Source: the human T2T-CHM13v2.0 reference genome, Homo sapiens | Direction: 5' to 3' (one strand) | Assembly (NCBI RefSeq): GCF_009914755.1 | Contig: NC_060925.1 | DNA: 64,000 bases | Program-made: the position numbers and the translations under genes | Part shown: positions 61,579-64,000 of the stretch, in pieces | Layout of the letters: every line of letters begins with the position of its first letter | Position numbering within the stretch: the first letter of the stretch is position 1 | The notes under the pieces: model-generated | Database searches by the model: none | The model's input: the letters and a program-made list of their open reading frames with translations, nothing else | What the model was told of the DNA's origin: nothing

Positions 61579-64000
61579 CCTCCCCCTCCCCCCTCCCCCT
61601 CCCCCTCCCCCTCTCCCTCCCCCTCTCCCTCTCCCTCTCCCCACGGTCTCCCTCTCATGCGGAGCCGAAGCTGGACTGTACTGCTGCCATCTCGGCTCAC
61701 TGCAACCTCCCTGCCTGATTCTCCTGCCTCAGTCTGCCGAATGCCTGCGATTGCAGGCACGCGCCGCCACGCCTGACTGGTTTTGGTGGAGACGGGGTTT
61801 CGCTGTGTTGGCCGGGCCGGTCTCCAGCCCCTAACCGCGAGTGATCCGCCAACCTCGGCCTCCCGAGGTGCCGGGATTGCAGACGGAGTCTCGTTCACTC
61901 AGTGCTCAATGGTGCCCAGGCTGGAGTGCAGTGGCGTGATCTCGGCTCACTACAACTTACACCTCCCAGCCGCCTGCCTTGGCCTCCCAAAGTGCCGAGA
62001 TTGCAGCCTCTGCCCGGCCGCCACCCCGTCTGGGAAGTGAGGAGTGTCTCTGCCTGGCCGCCCATCGTCTGGGATGTGAGGAGCCCCTCTGCCTGGCTGC
62101 CCAGTCTGGAAAGTGAGGAGCGTCTCTGCCCGGCTGCCATCCCATCTAGGAAGTGAGGCGCGCCTCTTCCCAGCCGCCATCACATCTAGGAAGTGAAGAG
62201 CGTCTCTGCCCGGCCGCCCATCGTCTGAGATGTGGGGAGCGCCTCTGCCCCGCCGCCCCATCTGGGATGTGAGGAGCGCCTCTGCCTGGCCGAGACCCCG
62301 TCTGGGAGGTGAGGAGCGTCTCTGCCCGGCCGCCCCGTCTGAGAAGTGAGGAGACCCTCTGCCTGGCAACCACCCCGTCTGAGAAGTGAGGAGCCCCTCC
62401 GCCCGGCAGCTGCCCCGTCTGAGAAGTGAGGAGCCTCTCCGCCCGGCAGCCACCCCATCTGGGAAGTGAGGAGCGTCTCCGCCCGGCAGCCACCCCGTCC
62501 GGGAGGGAGGTGGGGGGGGGGGTCAGCCCCCGGCCCGGGAGGGAGGTGGGGGGTCAGCCCCCCCGCCCGGCCAGCCGTGCCGTCCGGGAGGGAGGTGGGG
62601 GGGTCAGCCCCCCGCCCGGCCAGCCGCCCCGTCCAGGAGGTGAGGGGCGCCTCTGCCCGGCCGCCCCTACTAGGAAGTGAGGAGCCCCTCAGCCCGGCCA
62701 GCCACCCCGTCCGGGAGGGAGATGGGGGGGTCAGCCCCCCCACCCGGCCAGCCGCCCCGTCCGGGAGGGAGGTGGGGGGGTCAGCCCCCCGCCTGGCCAG
62801 CCGCCCCGTCCGGGAGGGAGGTGGGGGGGTCAGCCCTCCGCCCGGCCAGCCGCCCCGTCTGGGAGGTGAGGGGCGCCTCTGCCCGGCCGCCCCTACTGGG
62901 AAGTGAGGAGCCCCTCTGCCCGGCCAGCCACCCCGTCCGGGAGGGAGGTGGGGGGGTCGGCCCCCCGCCCGGCCAGCCGCCCCATCCGGGAGGGAGGTGG
63001 GGGGGTCAGCCCCCCGCCCGGCCAGCCGCCCCGTCCGGGAGGGAGGTGGGGGTGTCAGCCCCCCGCCCGGCCAGCCGCCCCGTCCGGGAGGGAGGTGGGG
63101 GGGTCAGCCCCCCGCCCGGCCAGCCGCCCCGTCCGGGAGGGAGGTGGGGGGGGTCAGCCCCCCTGCCCGGCCAGCCGCCCCGTCCGGGAGGTGAGGGGCG
63201 CCTCTGCCCGGCCGCCCCTACTGGGAAGTGAGGAGCCCCTCTGCCCGGCCAGCCGCCCCATCCGGGAGGGAGGTGGGGGGGGTCAGCCCCCCCGCCCGGC
63301 CGGCCACCCCGTCCGGGAGGTGAGGGGCGCCTCTGCCCGGCCGCCCCTACTGGGAAGTGAGGAGCCCCTCTGCCCGGCCAGCCGCCCCGTCCTGGAGGGA
63401 GGTGGGGGGGGTCAGCCCCCCGCCCGGCCAGCCGCCCCCTCCGGGAGGGAGGTGGGGGGGGTCAGCCCCCCTGCCCGGCCAGCCGCCCCGTCCGGGAGGT
63501 GAGGGGCGCCTCTGCCCGGCCGCCCCTACTGGGAAGTGAGGAGCCCCTCTGCCCGGCCACCACCCCGTCTGGGAGGTGTGCCCAACAGCTCATTGAGAAC
63601 AGGCCAGGATGACAATGGCGGCTTTGTGGAATAGAAAGGCGGGAAAGGTGGGGAAAAGATTGAGAAATCGGATGGTTGCCGTGTCTGTGTAGAAAGAAGT
63701 AGACATGGGAGACTTTTCATTTTGTTCTGCACTAAGAAAAATTCCTCTGCCTTGGGATCCTGTTGATCTGTGACCTTACCCCCAACCCTGTGCTCTCTGA
63801 AACATGTGCTGTGTCCACTCAGGGTTAAATGGATTAAGGGCGGTGCAAGATGTGCTTTGTTAAACAGATGCTTGAAGGCAGCATGCTCGTTAAGAGTCAT
63901 CACCAATCCCTAATCTCAAGTAATCAGGGACACAAACACTGCGGAAGGCCGCAGGGTCCTCTGCCTAGGAAAACCAGAGACCTTTGTTCACTTGTTTATC
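61579..64000 (+). mobile_element. Full-length SVA retrotransposon (SVA_F-like), cut by the window end
   Basis: (CCCTCT/CCCCCT)n 61579-61641; Alu-like domain to ~62000; GC-rich VNTR ~62000-63570; SINE-R thereafter; TT|AAAA endonuclease site at 61559-61564. Confidence 0.97.

Noticed and set aside
62000-63570. Regular repeat array and Pro/Gly/Arg-rich ORFs that superficially resemble CRISPR or collagen
   Set aside because: This is the SVA VNTR: no unique spacers, no cas genes, no Gly-X-Y periodicity.

Overview
Human genomic DNA, not prokaryotic. The left end holds the CpG-island promoter and first coding exon of COL24A1 (collagen XXIV alpha 1) on the minus strand. The exon is recognised from the N-terminus MHLRAHRTRRGKVSPTAKT, encoded at 2921->2866 and followed by a GTAAGT donor; 1-2865 is intron 1. 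The other ~60 kb is upstream intergenic DNA dominated by transposable elements: a full-length but inactivated L1PA with an intact antisense ORF0, a truncated L1PA, about 10 Alus, old L1M/L2/CR1/MIR/MLT/MER fossils, and a young SVA (F-like) running off the right edge. I found no other protein-coding gene, RNA gene or CRISPR array, and nothing that establishes a new biological system. Best leads: (i) a uORF stack and a duplicated out-of-frame ATG at the COL24A1 start, with a cryptic acceptor inside exon 1; (ii) a co-oriented L1 upstream that has lost its polyA signal; (iii) three Alu/L1 composites, one head-to-head inside a single target-site duplication; (iv) templated-insertion and fold-back repair scars; (v) a paired SOX site in unique sequence. 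Repeat subfamily calls and old-repeat boundaries come from recalled consensus sequences and are approximate.
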